DNA from: an uncultured Candidatus Rokubacteria bacterium
Lineage (GTDB): Bacteria; Methylomirabilota; Methylomirabilia; Rokubacteriales; CSP1-6
Direction of reading: 5' to 3'
DNA length: 64,000 bases
Assembly: GCA_963771355.1 (NCBI GenBank)
Contig: CAVYTA010000005.1
Coordinates: forward strand, 544,001-608,000
Shown here: piece after piece, positions 1-10,237 of the stretch
Position numbering within the stretch: position 1 is the first letter of the stretch
How the letters are laid out: every line of letters starts with the position of its first letter
Notes under the pieces: generated by a model
What the model was told of the DNA's origin: nothing
Seen by the model: only the letters and a program-made list of their open reading frames with translations
Databases searched by the model: none
Program-made: the position numbers and the translations under genes

Positions 1-434
1 ACGTGATGGACACCAACCTCACCAGCGCTTTTCTGGTGAGCCGCGCCGCCTATCCCCACATGAAGCGGCAGGGCGGGGGCAAGGTGATCAATATCGGCTC
101 CATGATGTCCATATTCGGCGTGCGCTTCTCGCCCGCCTACGCCGCCTCGAAGGGCGGCATCGTGCAGCTCACCAAGGTCATGGCCACCGCGTGGGCGGGG
201 GACAATATCCAGGTCAACGCGGTGCTCCCGGGCTGGATCGACACCGAGCTGACCCAGGGGGCGCGAAAGCAGATCGCGACCCTGCACGATTCCGTGCTGA
301 AGCGCACACCCGCCGGGCGCTGGGGTGTGATGGCGGACATGTCCGGGGTGGCGGTGTTTCTCGCCAGCCCCGCGTCGGACTTCGTGACCGGCACCGCCAT
401 TCCGGTGGATGGGGGCTATTCGATCCAGGGATGA
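1..434 (+). CDS. SDR family oxidoreductase (KduD/FabG-like), 5'-partial
   Basis: YAASKGG catalytic YxxxK, NAVLPGWIDT and VDGG motifs; the N-terminus lies outside the window. Confidence 0.9.
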   Translation, partial: VMDTNLTSAFLVSRAAYPHMKRQGGGKVINIGSMMSIFGVRFSPAYAASKGGIVQLTKVMATAWAGDNIQVNAVLPGWIDTELTQGARKQIATLHDSVLKRTPAGRWGVMADMSGVAVFLASPASDFVTGTAIPVDGGYSIQG

Positions 435-468
435 CTGCGGTAACATCAAGTCATTGGTAGCTCATAAG

Positions 469-1242
469 GTGGCGGCAAGGCTCGTCGTCCTCGTCCTCAT
501 GCTCGCAACCGCCGGCTGCGCCTCGGCCGGGCGCCTGGACACGGCGGCGCGGGAGCCCGCGCCGGCTCCCGCCCTGACCTTCGCGCGGGACACCTTCGCC
601 TTTCCCAACGAGAGCCTGACCAAGAACCGCGGCAAGCCCGACCTCTACGCGAATTACTGCTTCGTGATGGCGCGCGCGGTGACCCAGTTCCAGCGCTTCG
701 CGCGCTTCGAGCCCACCCAGCCGCGCCTGGACACGGCCGCCTACGCGGAGCGGGTCCGGCAGGTGGTCGCTCGCCCGCCCTGGCACGAGCCGCTGCCCGG
801 CGATGCGCGCGTGGTGATCCCGGGCTATGCCTCCTTGCACGACCTGTCGCGGGAGGAGGAGGCGGCGGTGAAGGCGGGGCTGGGCGGGAAGCTCTGGACC
901 ATGGTGCACTGGACGAACTGGCGCGTGGTGTTCCCGATGACGGGCGCGCATCAGGAGGGCGTGGCGAGCCTGGTGGTCGACGAGATCCGGGCGCGGCGGC
1001 CGGTGCAATTGCTCGTCACGAACTTGCCCAGCTGGGAGCTCAACCACACCGTGATCGCCTACGACTATCGCGTGTCCCCGGCCGGCGATGTGGACTTCGT
1101 GGTCTACGACCCCAACGATCCCTACGTCCCCGGCATCATCACCTTCGACCACGCGGCCCGGCGCTTCGTGGCCACGCGCCTCTTCGACACCGAAGTGGGC
1201 GGCATCCGCGCCTTCCGCATGTACTACGGGCCGCTCCTCTGA
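469..1242 (+). CDS. Putative lipoprotein with papain-like Cys/His/Asp motifs
   Basis: Hydrophobic signal ending LATAGC (lipobox); NYCF, NHTVIAY and VYDPN motifs; GTG start at 469 chosen over the ORF-track start. Confidence 0.6.
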   Translation: MAARLVVLVLMLATAGCASAGRLDTAAREPAPAPALTFARDTFAFPNESLTKNRGKPDLYANYCFVMARAVTQFQRFARFEPTQPRLDTAAYAERVRQVVARPPWHEPLPGDARVVIPGYASLHDLSREEEAAVKAGLGGKLWTMVHWTNWRVVFPMTGAHQEGVASLVVDEIRARRPVQLLVTNLPSWELNHTVIAYDYRVSPAGDVDFVVYDPNDPYVPGIITFDHAARRFVATRLFDTEVGGIRAFRMYYGPLL

Positions 1243-1250
1243 AGGCCTCG

Positions 1251-2162
1251 ATGTCCGCCGGTTCCGTCGCGCGCCCGCACTGGTACTCGCATGGGTGGAA
1301 CCGTGTCGCCTACTATCGTCTCGCCGACCTGGCGGCAGGAATGCTCCCGCGCCCGCTGCGGCTGGGTGCCGCGCGGCTGGCCGGGCGTCTCGCCGCGCGG
1401 CGGCTCGTGGCGGAGCGGCAGCAGGTGCGGGCCAATCTCGCCCGCGTGCTCACCGGTGCCTCCGAGGCCGCCCTCGGGCGCGCCACCGCCGAGACCTTCG
1501 CCAACTTCGCCGCCTGCTTCAGCGACTTCCTCACCATCAATCGGGGCGCGCCGGCGCGGCTTTGGGATTACGTGGCGTCGCGGCAGGGAGAAGAGCACCT
1601 CGAGGCGGCCTGCGCGGCGGGGCGCGGGGTGATTCTCCTCACCGCGCACCTCGGGAACTGGGAGTTCGGCGGCCGGCTCCTCGTCCCGCGGCTCGACCGG
1701 CCCATCCACATCGTGCTGGCGGCGGAACAGGACGCGGATCTCGAGCGTTACCTTCGACGGGAGGGAGAGCGGCTGCGCTTCGTGACCCGGCGGCACGCGA
1801 CATCTACCCTGGGGCTGCTCGCCGCCCTCCGGCGCAACGAGGCGGTGGCCATGCAGGGCGACCGGCCTACCGGCGAGCGCGGCGACACGGTGGTGGAGTT
1901 CTTCGGGGCTCCGGCGCCGTTCGCCATCGGTCCCTTCGTGCTCGCGCGGGCCGCGGGCGCGCCGGTGGTGGCCGCGTATTGCGTCATGGACGCCGACCAC
2001 CGCTACCGCATCACCGTCGAGTCGCCCATCTGGGTGAAGTCCGGCGAGGAGCCCGCCGCGCTGGCGGCCATGGTTGCCACCCTGGAGCGCGCGGTGCGCG
2101 CGCATCCCACCCAGTGGTTCAACTTCTTCGACGTGTGGAGCCCGCCCCGTGCCGCGGCGTGA
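1251..2162 (+). CDS. Lysophospholipid/lipid A (LpxL/HtrB-like) acyltransferase
   Basis: AHLGNWE (HxxxxE), MQGDR, VEFFG and a C-terminal QWFNFFDVW motif. Confidence 0.88.
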   Translation: MSAGSVARPHWYSHGWNRVAYYRLADLAAGMLPRPLRLGAARLAGRLAARRLVAERQQVRANLARVLTGASEAALGRATAETFANFAACFSDFLTINRGAPARLWDYVASRQGEEHLEAACAAGRGVILLTAHLGNWEFGGRLLVPRLDRPIHIVLAAEQDADLERYLRREGERLRFVTRRHATSTLGLLAALRRNEAVAMQGDRPTGERGDTVVEFFGAPAPFAIGPFVLARAAGAPVVAAYCVMDADHRYRITVESPIWVKSGEEPAALAAMVATLERAVRAHPTQWFNFFDVWSPPRAAA

Positions 2163-3330
2163 TCGGGTGGCGGTGGTCGCCGCCGGCGTGGCCACGCCCA
2201 TCGGCCAGGATCTCGACGCGTTCTGGTCCTCGCTGCTCACCGGCGCCAGCGGGATCTCCACCATCGAGCGCTTCCCGGTGGCCGACCTCCGGGTGGGCCG
2301 CGGCGGCGAGATCAAGAAGCTCACGCGCGTCACGCGCTGGACCGGCGTGCCGGACTGCCGCGCCACGCGCCTGCTCGTGTCGGCCGCCGACGAATTGACC
2401 GCTCAGGTGCCGCTGCGGCCCGCCGACGTGGATCCCACGCGGGTGGCGGTGGTGGTGGGCACCGCACTGGGGGGCGTGGAGGAAGGCGAGCGCGCGCTCG
2501 CCGGCGAGGGCCCGCGACGGCGGCTGCGCGGCGCCCTCTACGACGCGCCGGGACACAACCTGGCCCGCTGGCTCGGCGCCCGCGGGCACGTCCTCACCGT
2601 GTCCACCGCCTGTGCGTCGGGGGCCACCGCGCTCGGCGTGGGCGCCGACCTCCTGCGCCAGGACATGGCCGACCTCGTGGTCGCGGGCGGCTACGACATC
2701 CTCTGCCGTTTCGTGATGCGCGGCTTCGACGCCCTGCGCTCGCTGACGCGGGACGAGGTGCGCCCCTTCGACCGCCGCCGCAGTGGGCTGCTCCTCGGCG
2801 AGGCGGGTGCGCTCGTGCTCCTGGCGCGCGAGGCGGACACGGGGCGCCGCCCGCTCGGCTGGCTCCGCGGCCATGCGAGCACGGGCGACGGCTTCCACAT
2901 CGCGGCCCCGGAGCCGGACGGTCGGGGCCTCGAGCGGGCGGTGCGGCTGGCGCTGGCGGAAGCGGACGCCGCGCCGGGAGACGTGGACTTCGTGAGCGCG
3001 CATGGTACCGCCACCCCGCTCAATGACCGGATCGAGACCGCGGTGCTCAAGCGCGTCTTCCAGGCGCATGCGCATGCGATTCCGGTGAACTCGATCAAGG
3101 CCACCATGGGGCACACCATGGGCGCGGCCGCGACGCTGGAGGCCATCATGTGCCTGCTGGCGGGACGGCATGGCCAGATCCCGCCCACCCGCCATCTCGA
3201 GGTCCCGGACCCCGAGTGCGACCTGGACTATGTGCCGGGGACCGCCCGCGCCCTGCGCCCGCGGCTGTCGCTGAGCACCTCGCTGGGCTTCGGCGGATGC
3301 AACGGGGCCCTGATCCTGGAGTCGGCTTGA
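2149..3330 (+). CDS. Beta-ketoacyl-ACP synthase (FabF-like KS1), catalytically intact
   Basis: STACASG, AHGTAT and GHTMGAA give a Cys-His-His triad; GTG start after GGAG. Confidence 0.92.
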   Translation: MPRRDRVAVVAAGVATPIGQDLDAFWSSLLTGASGISTIERFPVADLRVGRGGEIKKLTRVTRWTGVPDCRATRLLVSAADELTAQVPLRPADVDPTRVAVVVGTALGGVEEGERALAGEGPRRRLRGALYDAPGHNLARWLGARGHVLTVSTACASGATALGVGADLLRQDMADLVVAGGYDILCRFVMRGFDALRSLTRDEVRPFDRRRSGLLLGEAGALVLLAREADTGRRPLGWLRGHASTGDGFHIAAPEPDGRGLERAVRLALAEADAAPGDVDFVSAHGTATPLNDRIETAVLKRVFQAHAHAIPVNSIKATMGHTMGAAATLEAIMCLLAGRHGQIPPTRHLEVPDPECDLDYVPGTARALRPRLSLSTSLGFGGCNGALILESA

Positions 3331-4160
3331 GCACGACGGTGGCGACGGCACGGAGCGGGAGGGGGATTCTCGCCCCCGCCATCCGGGCCGTCGGGTTCGT
3401 GTCCGGCTGGGGCACCGGCATGGGCGCGGTTCCCGCCGATGCGCGGGTGGCGGCGGGGGGCCGGGACGTGGTGCCCCTCGGCCGGCCGGCCGTGGAGGGC
3501 GAGCGGTTCCGGCGGGCCACCCGGGAATGCCTCTGGGCCCTTGCGGCCATAGAGGTGATGCTGGAAAATGGAGGGGTTAGCCGGGCCGCGCTGGCCGGGG
3601 ACCGCACGGCGCTGCTGTTCGTGTCGGCGGCGGTGTACGGGGCGTCGAACCGGGCGTTCATCGAGCGGAGCGGCGGGGGCACGCACTTCGCATACACCGC
3701 GCCGGCGGTGGTGTCGGCCGAGGCGGCGATCGAATACGGCTTGCAAGGGCCGGCGGTGCTGTTCATCGGCGGTCCCCCCGCCACGCTGCGGGCGATCTGG
3801 TACGGGGCGACCTTGCTCGCGGGCGGCACCTGTGACCGCGCGCTCGTGCTGGCGGTGGAGACGTTCGCGGAATGCGCGGACCTCTACGCGCGGGCGCGGC
3901 GACGCAGCGCGCCGCCCTTGGTGGAAGCCGCCGCCTGCGCCTGGCTCGAGCCGGGCGAGGGTCGGCTCGAGCTGCAGGTCCGACGGTCGCCACGGGATGC
4001 CGGCACCGGCATCGAGCGCCGGCTCGGCGAGACTTTCGCCTGCGCGCCGCTCGCAGAGCTTGCGATGTGGCGGCAAGCGGGAAGCGCCGGCGATCTCCGG
4101 CTGCACGGGCGCTGGCGGGGCGAGGCGGCCGATCTCACCATCACGAAAGGCGGAGCATGA
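3327..4160 (+). CDS. Short KS-like protein, chain-length-factor-like (no catalytic Cys)
   Basis: KS N-terminal-like sequence (FAYTAPAVVSAEAAIEYGLQGP); GGPPA at the expected TAC position; TTGA overlap with the KS1 stop. Confidence 0.72.
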   Translation: MSTTVATARSGRGILAPAIRAVGFVSGWGTGMGAVPADARVAAGGRDVVPLGRPAVEGERFRRATRECLWALAAIEVMLENGGVSRAALAGDRTALLFVSAAVYGASNRAFIERSGGGTHFAYTAPAVVSAEAAIEYGLQGPAVLFIGGPPATLRAIWYGATLLAGGTCDRALVLAVETFAECADLYARARRRSAPPLVEAAACAWLEPGEGRLELQVRRSPRDAGTGIERRLGETFACAPLAELAMWRQAGSAGDLRLHGRWRGEAADLTITKGGA

Positions 4161-4432
4161 CGCAGAAGGAAGTGCTGGACGAACTGAAGGCGATCGTCGT
4201 CGAGCGGCTGCGCTTCGACCCGCGGCGGGCTGCCGACATGACGCTCGAGACCACCCTACCCAAGGGCGTGGCCGGCTCGCTCGGGCTGGACTCGCTCGAC
4301 TTCATCGAGCTCTCGGTGGCCATGGAAGAGCGATTCGGGATCACCATCGAGGAAGGGCAAGACCTCGCGGAGGAGTTCCACTCCCTCGACAGCCTCTCGC
4401 GCTTCATCCTCGCCAAGATGGGCCCGGCATGA
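4157..4432 (+). CDS. Acyl carrier protein
   Basis: LGLDSLDFIEL phosphopantetheine Ser motif; 91 aa, acidic; ATGA overlap and SD. Confidence 0.95.
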   Translation: MTQKEVLDELKAIVVERLRFDPRRAADMTLETTLPKGVAGSLGLDSLDFIELSVAMEERFGITIEEGQDLAEEFHSLDSLSRFILAKMGPA

Positions 4433-4478
4433 GCGATCCCTCGGCGCGTTCCCCCGCCGACCCGGAGTGCGCCGCCGG

Positions 4479-5666
4479 ATGACGCGCGTCGTCGTCAGCG
4501 GCCTCGGCGTGGTGAGCCCATACGGTGCCGGCGCCAAGACCTTCTGGGGCGGACTGGCTGCGGGCGTCTGCGCGATCCGACCCATCACCCTCATCGACAC
4601 TGCGGGGTTCCGCTCGCGCATCGCCGCCGAGGTGCCGGCCGACGTCATCTCCGGGCTCGGCGTCTCGTCCCGGCGCGCCCGCGCGGACCGGCTCGGGCTG
4701 GCCGCGGCGCGCGAGGCGCTGGCCGACGCGGGGCTCAGCCGCGGCGAGCGCGCGGACGCCGCCCTCATCATCGGCGCGGTGGGCGGCGGCATGCTCGAGG
4801 GCGAGGCGTGGTACTGGGAGGAGACGCGGACGGGGCGGCCGTCGCCGCGCATCACGGCGCTGCGCTCCATTCTCCCCTATACCCATGCCGAGACCTTGGG
4901 CTGGCGGCTGGGCATCGGCGGCCCGAAGGAGACCATCGTGATGGCCTGCGCCTCGGGTGCGGCCTCCGTCGCGCTGGGTGCCGACCTGATCCGCCGGGGC
5001 AAGGTGACGCGCGCGCTCGTGGGGGGCGTGGATGCCCTCACCCGCATCTGCTTCATGGGATTCAACGCGCTCAAGCTCCTGGCGCCCGAGCCGTGCCGCC
5101 CCTTCGATCGCGCACGGAACGGCATGTCCATCGGCGAAGCCGCCGCCTTCCTGGTCCTGGAAGACGCGGACGCCTGCCGCGCGCGCGGCGGACACGCGCA
5201 CGCCGAGTTCCTGGGCGCGGGCATGACCACCGACGCCCATCACGTGACCTCGCCCCAACCCGAGGGGGAGGGGATGGCGCGGGCCATGGAGCTGGCCCTG
5301 GCGGACGCCGCGCTGCCTCCGCGATCGGTCCACTACGTCAACGCGCACGGGACGGGGACGCTGCAGAACGACCGCACCGAGGCCCTCGCGCTGGTGCGAG
5401 TATTCGGGGCGCGCGGCGTGCCGGTGAGCTCGACCAAGTCGCTGGTGGGCCACACCATGGCGGCGGCGGGGAGCCTCGAGGCGGTGGCCACGGTGCTCGC
5501 GCTCCAGCACGGGCTCATCCCGCCCACCGGGAATCTCGTCGACGTGGATCCGGACATTCCCTTCGACTGCGTGCCGCTCACGGCTCGCCCGGCCCCGCTG
5601 GAGGTGGCGTTGAGCAACTCCTTCGGCTTCGGCGGACAGAACGTGAGCCTCGTGTTCGGCCGATGA
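4479..5666 (+). CDS. Beta-ketoacyl-ACP synthase (FabF-like KS2), catalytically intact
   Basis: MACASG, NAHGTGT, GHTMAAAG and NSFGFGG motifs; start could alternatively be GTG 4467. Confidence 0.93.
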   Translation: MTRVVVSGLGVVSPYGAGAKTFWGGLAAGVCAIRPITLIDTAGFRSRIAAEVPADVISGLGVSSRRARADRLGLAAAREALADAGLSRGERADAALIIGAVGGGMLEGEAWYWEETRTGRPSPRITALRSILPYTHAETLGWRLGIGGPKETIVMACASGAASVALGADLIRRGKVTRALVGGVDALTRICFMGFNALKLLAPEPCRPFDRARNGMSIGEAAAFLVLEDADACRARGGHAHAEFLGAGMTTDAHHVTSPQPEGEGMARAMELALADAALPPRSVHYVNAHGTGTLQNDRTEALALVRVFGARGVPVSSTKSLVGHTMAAAGSLEAVATVLALQHGLIPPTGNLVDVDPDIPFDCVPLTARPAPLEVALSNSFGFGGQNVSLVFGR

Positions 5667-6814
5667 GCGTCGGGCGCCGCGTGGTCGTGACCGGGATGGG
5701 CATGGTGAGCGTCGCCGGCGCGGGCGGCACCGGCGTCGTCGCGGACGCGCTGGCGCGGCCCGCGGCCGGCATCGTCCCGATTCGCGGCTTCGAGACCACG
5801 GGGCTTCCCTCCGTGCTGGGCGCCGAGGTCGACGATGAGCTGCTCGAGTCCCTGATCGACCGCGACGCGGCCCGCCGGCTCTCGCGCATCTGCCGGTTCA
5901 CGGTGGCGGCGTGCCGGCTCGCGTTGGAGGACGCGCAGGTGGAGGCGGGCCCGCAGCTCGGGCTCGTGGTGGGCACGGAATACGGCGACTTCCGGTCCAG
6001 CGGCGAATTTGCCACGGGTTACCTCAATCGCGGGCCCGGCGGGCTGTCGCCCATGCTGTTTCCCGGCACGGTCATGAACGCGATGGGCGCGGCCGCCTCC
6101 ATCGCCATCGGCGCCAAGGGGCCCACGGTCACGGTGAACCAGGCCACGATCTCGGGCGATCTCGCGGTGGCGCGCGCGGCCACCCTCGTCGCGCGAGGGC
6201 CCGCGGAGGCGGTGCTGGCGGGCGGGGTGGACGAGCTCTGTGGTCCCGTGTACCGGCGGCTCGCCGAGATGGGCGTGATCTCACCGATGCGGCAGGGCTC
6301 TCGCCGCCTCGGCACCGAGGGGTGCCGGCCGTTCTCGCCGGACCACAACGGTCCGGTGCTGGGCGAGGGCGCGACCTTCCTCGTGCTGGAGGCGTACGAG
6401 GTCGCGCGCGCCCGCGGGGCGTCCATCCTGGCGGAGCTGGTGGCGGCGGAGTGGGGGAATATCCCGGTGGCGCCGCACACCGCGCCCCCGCGGCGGGTCG
6501 ATCCCCGCTCGCCCCTGCGCCGCGCGCTCGAGGCGAGCGGGATCACGGCGGCCGCGCTCCGCGGCGTGTGGGCCACCGGCAACGGTGATCCCGCCCTCGA
6601 TGACTGGGAGGAACAGCTCCTCGCCGTCGACCTCGCCGCCCAGCCGGCCCTGCTGCCGCCGCGGTCGCTGACCCCCCGGTTCGGCCAGCACGGCGGGCTC
6701 GGCGTGCTGCGCGTGGCCGCCGCCGCGCTTGCCGCCGGGGAAGGGCCGGCCCTCGCCCACGGCCTCGCCCGCGGCGGCTGCCGCACCGCGATCCTGCTCG
6801 CCAGGCCCACCTGA
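5663..6814 (+). CDS. KS-like chain-length-factor-type protein (catalytic residues lost)
   Basis: Full-length KS-like sequence, but NQATISG replaces TACxSG and WATGNG replaces HGTGT; ATGA overlap with KS2. Confidence 0.82.
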   Translation: MSVGRRVVVTGMGMVSVAGAGGTGVVADALARPAAGIVPIRGFETTGLPSVLGAEVDDELLESLIDRDAARRLSRICRFTVAACRLALEDAQVEAGPQLGLVVGTEYGDFRSSGEFATGYLNRGPGGLSPMLFPGTVMNAMGAAASIAIGAKGPTVTVNQATISGDLAVARAATLVARGPAEAVLAGGVDELCGPVYRRLAEMGVISPMRQGSRRLGTEGCRPFSPDHNGPVLGEGATFLVLEAYEVARARGASILAELVAAEWGNIPVAPHTAPPRRVDPRSPLRRALEASGITAAALRGVWATGNGDPALDDWEEQLLAVDLAAQPALLPPRSLTPRFGQHGGLGVLRVAAAALAAGEGPALAHGLARGGCRTAILLARPT

Positions 6815-6825
6815 GCGGAGTTTCC

Positions 6826-7912
6826 GTGGGCGACCACCTGATCGTCATCCCGGTCTTCAACGAGGCGGCCACCATCGAGGGGCTGGTGACGCGCGCGCGC
6901 GCCTACGGGACCGTGGTGGTGGTGGATGACGGTTCCGCCGACGCCAGCGCGGCGGTGGCCGCGCGCGCCGGCGCCGAGCTCGTGCGGCTCCCGCGGCAGC
7001 GCGGGAAGGGCGAGGCGCTGCGGCGCGGCTTCGACGCCGCGCTGGCCCGCGGCGCCGAGCGCGTGGTCACCCTGGACGGCGACGGCCAGCACGATCCCGA
7101 CGAGATTCCCCGGCTGCTCCAGGCCTCCGCCGAGCATCCGGCCGCGCTCGTCGTCGGTGGGCGGCTGGGTCACGGGCCCGACGGGAATCCCGATGAGCCC
7201 GGCTACCGCGTCATCCCGCGCGAGCGCCTCAACGCCATGCGCGTGGCCGGCTTCTTCATCGACTGGCTCACCGGCTATGCGCTGCGCGACACGCAGTCCG
7301 GCTTTCGCGTCTACCCGCTGGCGCTGCTCACCGCGGCGCGTGGGCGGCGGGGCGGATTCGTCTTCGAGACCGAGATGCTGCTGCGCGCCGCCGCCCTCGG
7401 CCTGCCGCTGGTGGAGACGCCCATCACCGCCGTGCATCACGCGAACCGGCGGAGCCGATTCCGCCCGCTGCAGGACGGCATCGCGGTGACGTCCTTTCTC
7501 ACCGCCAAGGGCGCGCGGGCGCTGGGCGCGCGACATCGTGATGGTCGTGGCCGCGCTCGTTCGGCCCTTCCGCGCGGAGCGGCGGATCCCGCGGCACCGC
7601 GAGGTGATGGCCGCCACCACGGGCATGCGCGACAACTTCGGTGCCTTCATGCTGGCGGTGGCCGCGTTCGCGCTGGCGCGCACGGCCGACACCTGGCGGC
7701 GGTGGTGGGAGGATCCGCGCGCGATCCAGATCCGCGAGGCCGGGCTCGCCGCTGTGGCGCTGCCTTTGCTGATGGCCCTGGTGCTCGCGCAGGGCGTGCT
7801 GGGCCGCGTGGGCCGCGACCCGCTCACGCCGTTCATCCGGCGTGTTTACGCCCAGGACCGGCTGGCCCGCGCCCTGCGCTCCTGTCAGGTGCGGCGTTCG
7901 GCGCGCTCATGA
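6826..7912 (+). CDS. Glycosyltransferase family 2 (DPM-synthase-like) with membrane C-terminus; apparent frameshift near 7517
   Basis: IPVFNE, VDDGS, LDGDGQH and DTQSGFR motifs; removing one G from cggg (7516-7519) joins it to ORF 7538..7912, whose stop overlaps the next ATG. Confidence 0.8.
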
Positions 7913-9183
7913 CCTCCGAGACCGACGTCCTCGTGATCGGCGGCGGGCCCGGTGGCTCCACCGCCGCCACCTGCCTCGCGCAGGGCGGGCTGCGCGTGAC
8001 GCTGGTGGAGCGAGAGGCCTTTCCGCGATTCCACATCGGGGAGTCGCTCCTGCCCGCCAACATTCCGCTCCTCGAGCGGCTGGGGGTGATGGACCGGGTG
8101 AAGAAGGCCGGGTTCATCACCAAGTACGGCGCCTATATCCACGACCAGGAATCCGATCTCTCGTATACCTTCACCTTTCGTCCCGGCAAGCCCTGGCCGC
8201 CGTGGGCCTTCGAGGTGCCGCGCGCCCAGTTCGATCGCGTGCTCCTCGATCACGCCGCCGCCCAGCCGGGGGTCACGATCTGCCAGCCCGCCCGGGTGGA
8301 CCAGGTCGCCTTCGACGCCGACGGCGTGAGCGCCGAGATCGGCGACGCGTCGGGCGGGCGGACGCTCCGTGCCCGCTTCCTGGTGGACGCCAGCGGGCGT
8401 GACGGCTTTCTCGCTTCCCGCCAGGGGGGCCGGCGCGAGCCCATTCCCGGGCTCGGCAAGGTCGCGCTCTTCGCTCACTTTCGCGGGGCGCGGCGCTGGC
8501 CCGGGAAGGAAGAGGGCAATATCCGCCTCTACGTCTTCGAGGACGGGTGGTTCTGGTGGATCCCGTTCACCGGTGACGTGACCAGCGTGGGCTGCGTCCT
8601 TCATGCGCGCGCGGCGCGGGAGCGCGAGGGATCGGTGGAGGCGCTCTACGAGGAGATGTGCGCGCGCTGCCGGGCGGTGGCGGAGGGTCTCGACGGCGCC
8701 GAGCGCATCACCCCGGTGCACACCGCGGCCAACTTCTCGTACCGCACCACGCCGGTGGTGGGTGACCGCTTCGTCTGCGTGGGCGACTCGGTGGTCTTCA
8801 TCGACCCCATCTTCTCCACCGGCGTCTTCGTGGCGATGCAGTCGGCGGAGCTGGCCTCGGTGGAGATCCTGCGCGCCTTCCGCGACAATCGCTTCGCCGC
8901 GCGCCGCTTCGGCGGCTACGTGCGCCGGATCCAGCGCGGGATCCGGCCCTTCACGCGCTTCATCAACCGGTACTACGAGCCGGCCTTCCTCGAGGTGCTG
9001 CTCCGGCCGAGGCCGAACCTCGGCATCCTCGACAGCGTGACCGGGCTCCTCGCCGGCGGGGCCTTCCTGCGCATGCCGTTGCGCATGCGGACGTCGCTCG
9101 CCATCTTCTTCTGGCTGGTGCGCATCAATACCTGGCGGCGCCGCTGGCGCGGCCAGCCGGTGGAGTCGAGGCTTTCCTGGTAA
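7909..9183 (+). CDS. Flavin-dependent halogenase-like protein 1
   Basis: GGGPGG FAD motif, GFITKYG Lys, WFWWIP (WxWxIP) and FIDPIFSTG. Confidence 0.85.
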   Translation: MTSETDVLVIGGGPGGSTAATCLAQGGLRVTLVEREAFPRFHIGESLLPANIPLLERLGVMDRVKKAGFITKYGAYIHDQESDLSYTFTFRPGKPWPPWAFEVPRAQFDRVLLDHAAAQPGVTICQPARVDQVAFDADGVSAEIGDASGGRTLRARFLVDASGRDGFLASRQGGRREPIPGLGKVALFAHFRGARRWPGKEEGNIRLYVFEDGWFWWIPFTGDVTSVGCVLHARAAREREGSVEALYEEMCARCRAVAEGLDGAERITPVHTAANFSYRTTPVVGDRFVCVGDSVVFIDPIFSTGVFVAMQSAELASVEILRAFRDNRFAARRFGGYVRRIQRGIRPFTRFINRYYEPAFLEVLLRPRPNLGILDSVTGLLAGGAFLRMPLRMRTSLAIFFWLVRINTWRRRWRGQPVESRLSW

Positions 9184-9238
9184 TGCGAAGCCACCTCATG
9201 AAGGTCGCCCCTTGGGGCGACCGTAGATCAAATCAGGA

Positions 9239-10237
9239 ATGACCACACACCGCGGACCTAACCCCGCGCTTGTCTCGCGACGCGCGATCCTCGCGGGCGC
9301 GGCGGCGATGCTCGCTCCCGGCCGGGCGCGTGCTCAGTCAGGCCGGCCTCATCGCCTGGGGTGGATCTCGACGGAGCCCGAGCCGGACCCCTTCGTCGAT
9401 GGATTCCGTGAGGGGATGCGCCGTCTCGGCTATACGGAGGGCCGCGACTTCGTGCTCGAGCTGCGGTATGCGCCCGGAAACCTCGATCGGCTCCGGGCCG
9501 CGGCGACGGAGCTCATCAGCTCGCGCGTGGCCTTCATCGTCGCCAGCGGCCCTGCAATCTGGGCGATCAAGACCGTCCGCGACGTGCCGGTGCTCTTCGT
9601 CATCAGCGGGGATCCGGTGGCCCTCGGGATCGCGGCGACGGTGGCGAGACCGGGCGGGAACTTCACCGGCTTCACCTTCCTCTCGCTCGAGATCGCCGGC
9701 AAGCGCGTCGAGCTGCTGAAGCAGGCCATCCCGCCGCTGCGCACCCTGGTCGCCCTGTCCAACACCGGTCATCCGGGCGAGCCCGCCGAGCGGCGGGCCA
9801 CCGAAGCGGCGGCGCAGGCCCTCGGGCTCAAGCTGATCTATGTGCCCTTCGGCTCGCTGGCGGAGATCGACGCCGCCCTCGCGGCGGTGCGCGACGCGCG
9901 GCCGGACGGCATGGTGGTGTTCCCCGATGGTTCCACCATGGTGAGCCGCGCGAAGATTGCCGGCTTCGCGCTCGGCCAGCGGCTGCCGGCGATGTTCGGC
10001 TGGAGCGAGTTCTCCGATGCGGGTGGATTCATGAGCTATGGCGCCAACCAGCGTGACACCTATGTGCGCCTCGCCGGCTATGCCGATCGGTTGCTCCGCG
10101 GCGCGCGGCCGGCCGATCTGCCCATCGAGCAACCCACCCATTTCGAGCTCGTTCTCAACTTGCGGACCGCCCGGCTCCTCGGGATCACGGTGCCGCCGGC
10201 CCTCCGTCTGGCCGCGCATCGGGTGATCGACGCGTGA
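9239..10237 (+). CDS. ABC transporter substrate-binding protein (ABC_sub_bind type), Tat-like signal
   Basis: SRRAIL signal; ARPGGNFTG, GKRVELLK, GGFMSYG and PADLPIEQPT motifs. Confidence 0.9.
   Translation: MTTHRGPNPALVSRRAILAGAAAMLAPGRARAQSGRPHRLGWISTEPEPDPFVDGFREGMRRLGYTEGRDFVLELRYAPGNLDRLRAAATELISSRVAFIVASGPAIWAIKTVRDVPVLFVISGDPVALGIAATVARPGGNFTGFTFLSLEIAGKRVELLKQAIPPLRTLVALSNTGHPGEPAERRATEAAAQALGLKLIYVPFGSLAEIDAALAAVRDARPDGMVVFPDGSTMVSRAKIAGFALGQRLPAMFGWSEFSDAGGFMSYGANQRDTYVRLAGYADRLLRGARPADLPIEQPTHFELVLNLRTARLLGITVPPALRLAAHRVIDA

Noticed and set aside
1..434. SDR as the cluster's ketoreductase
   Set aside because: The sequence looks KduD/gluconate-dehydrogenase-like, and an AT-rich promoter-like gap separates it from the cluster; not excluded, but unsupported
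6826..9183. 785-aa GT2-halogenase fusion in the ORF track
   Set aside because: The middle ~130 aa is off-frame Arg/Gly-rich text; one extra G near 7517 explains it, and the halogenase has its own ATGA-coupled start at 7909
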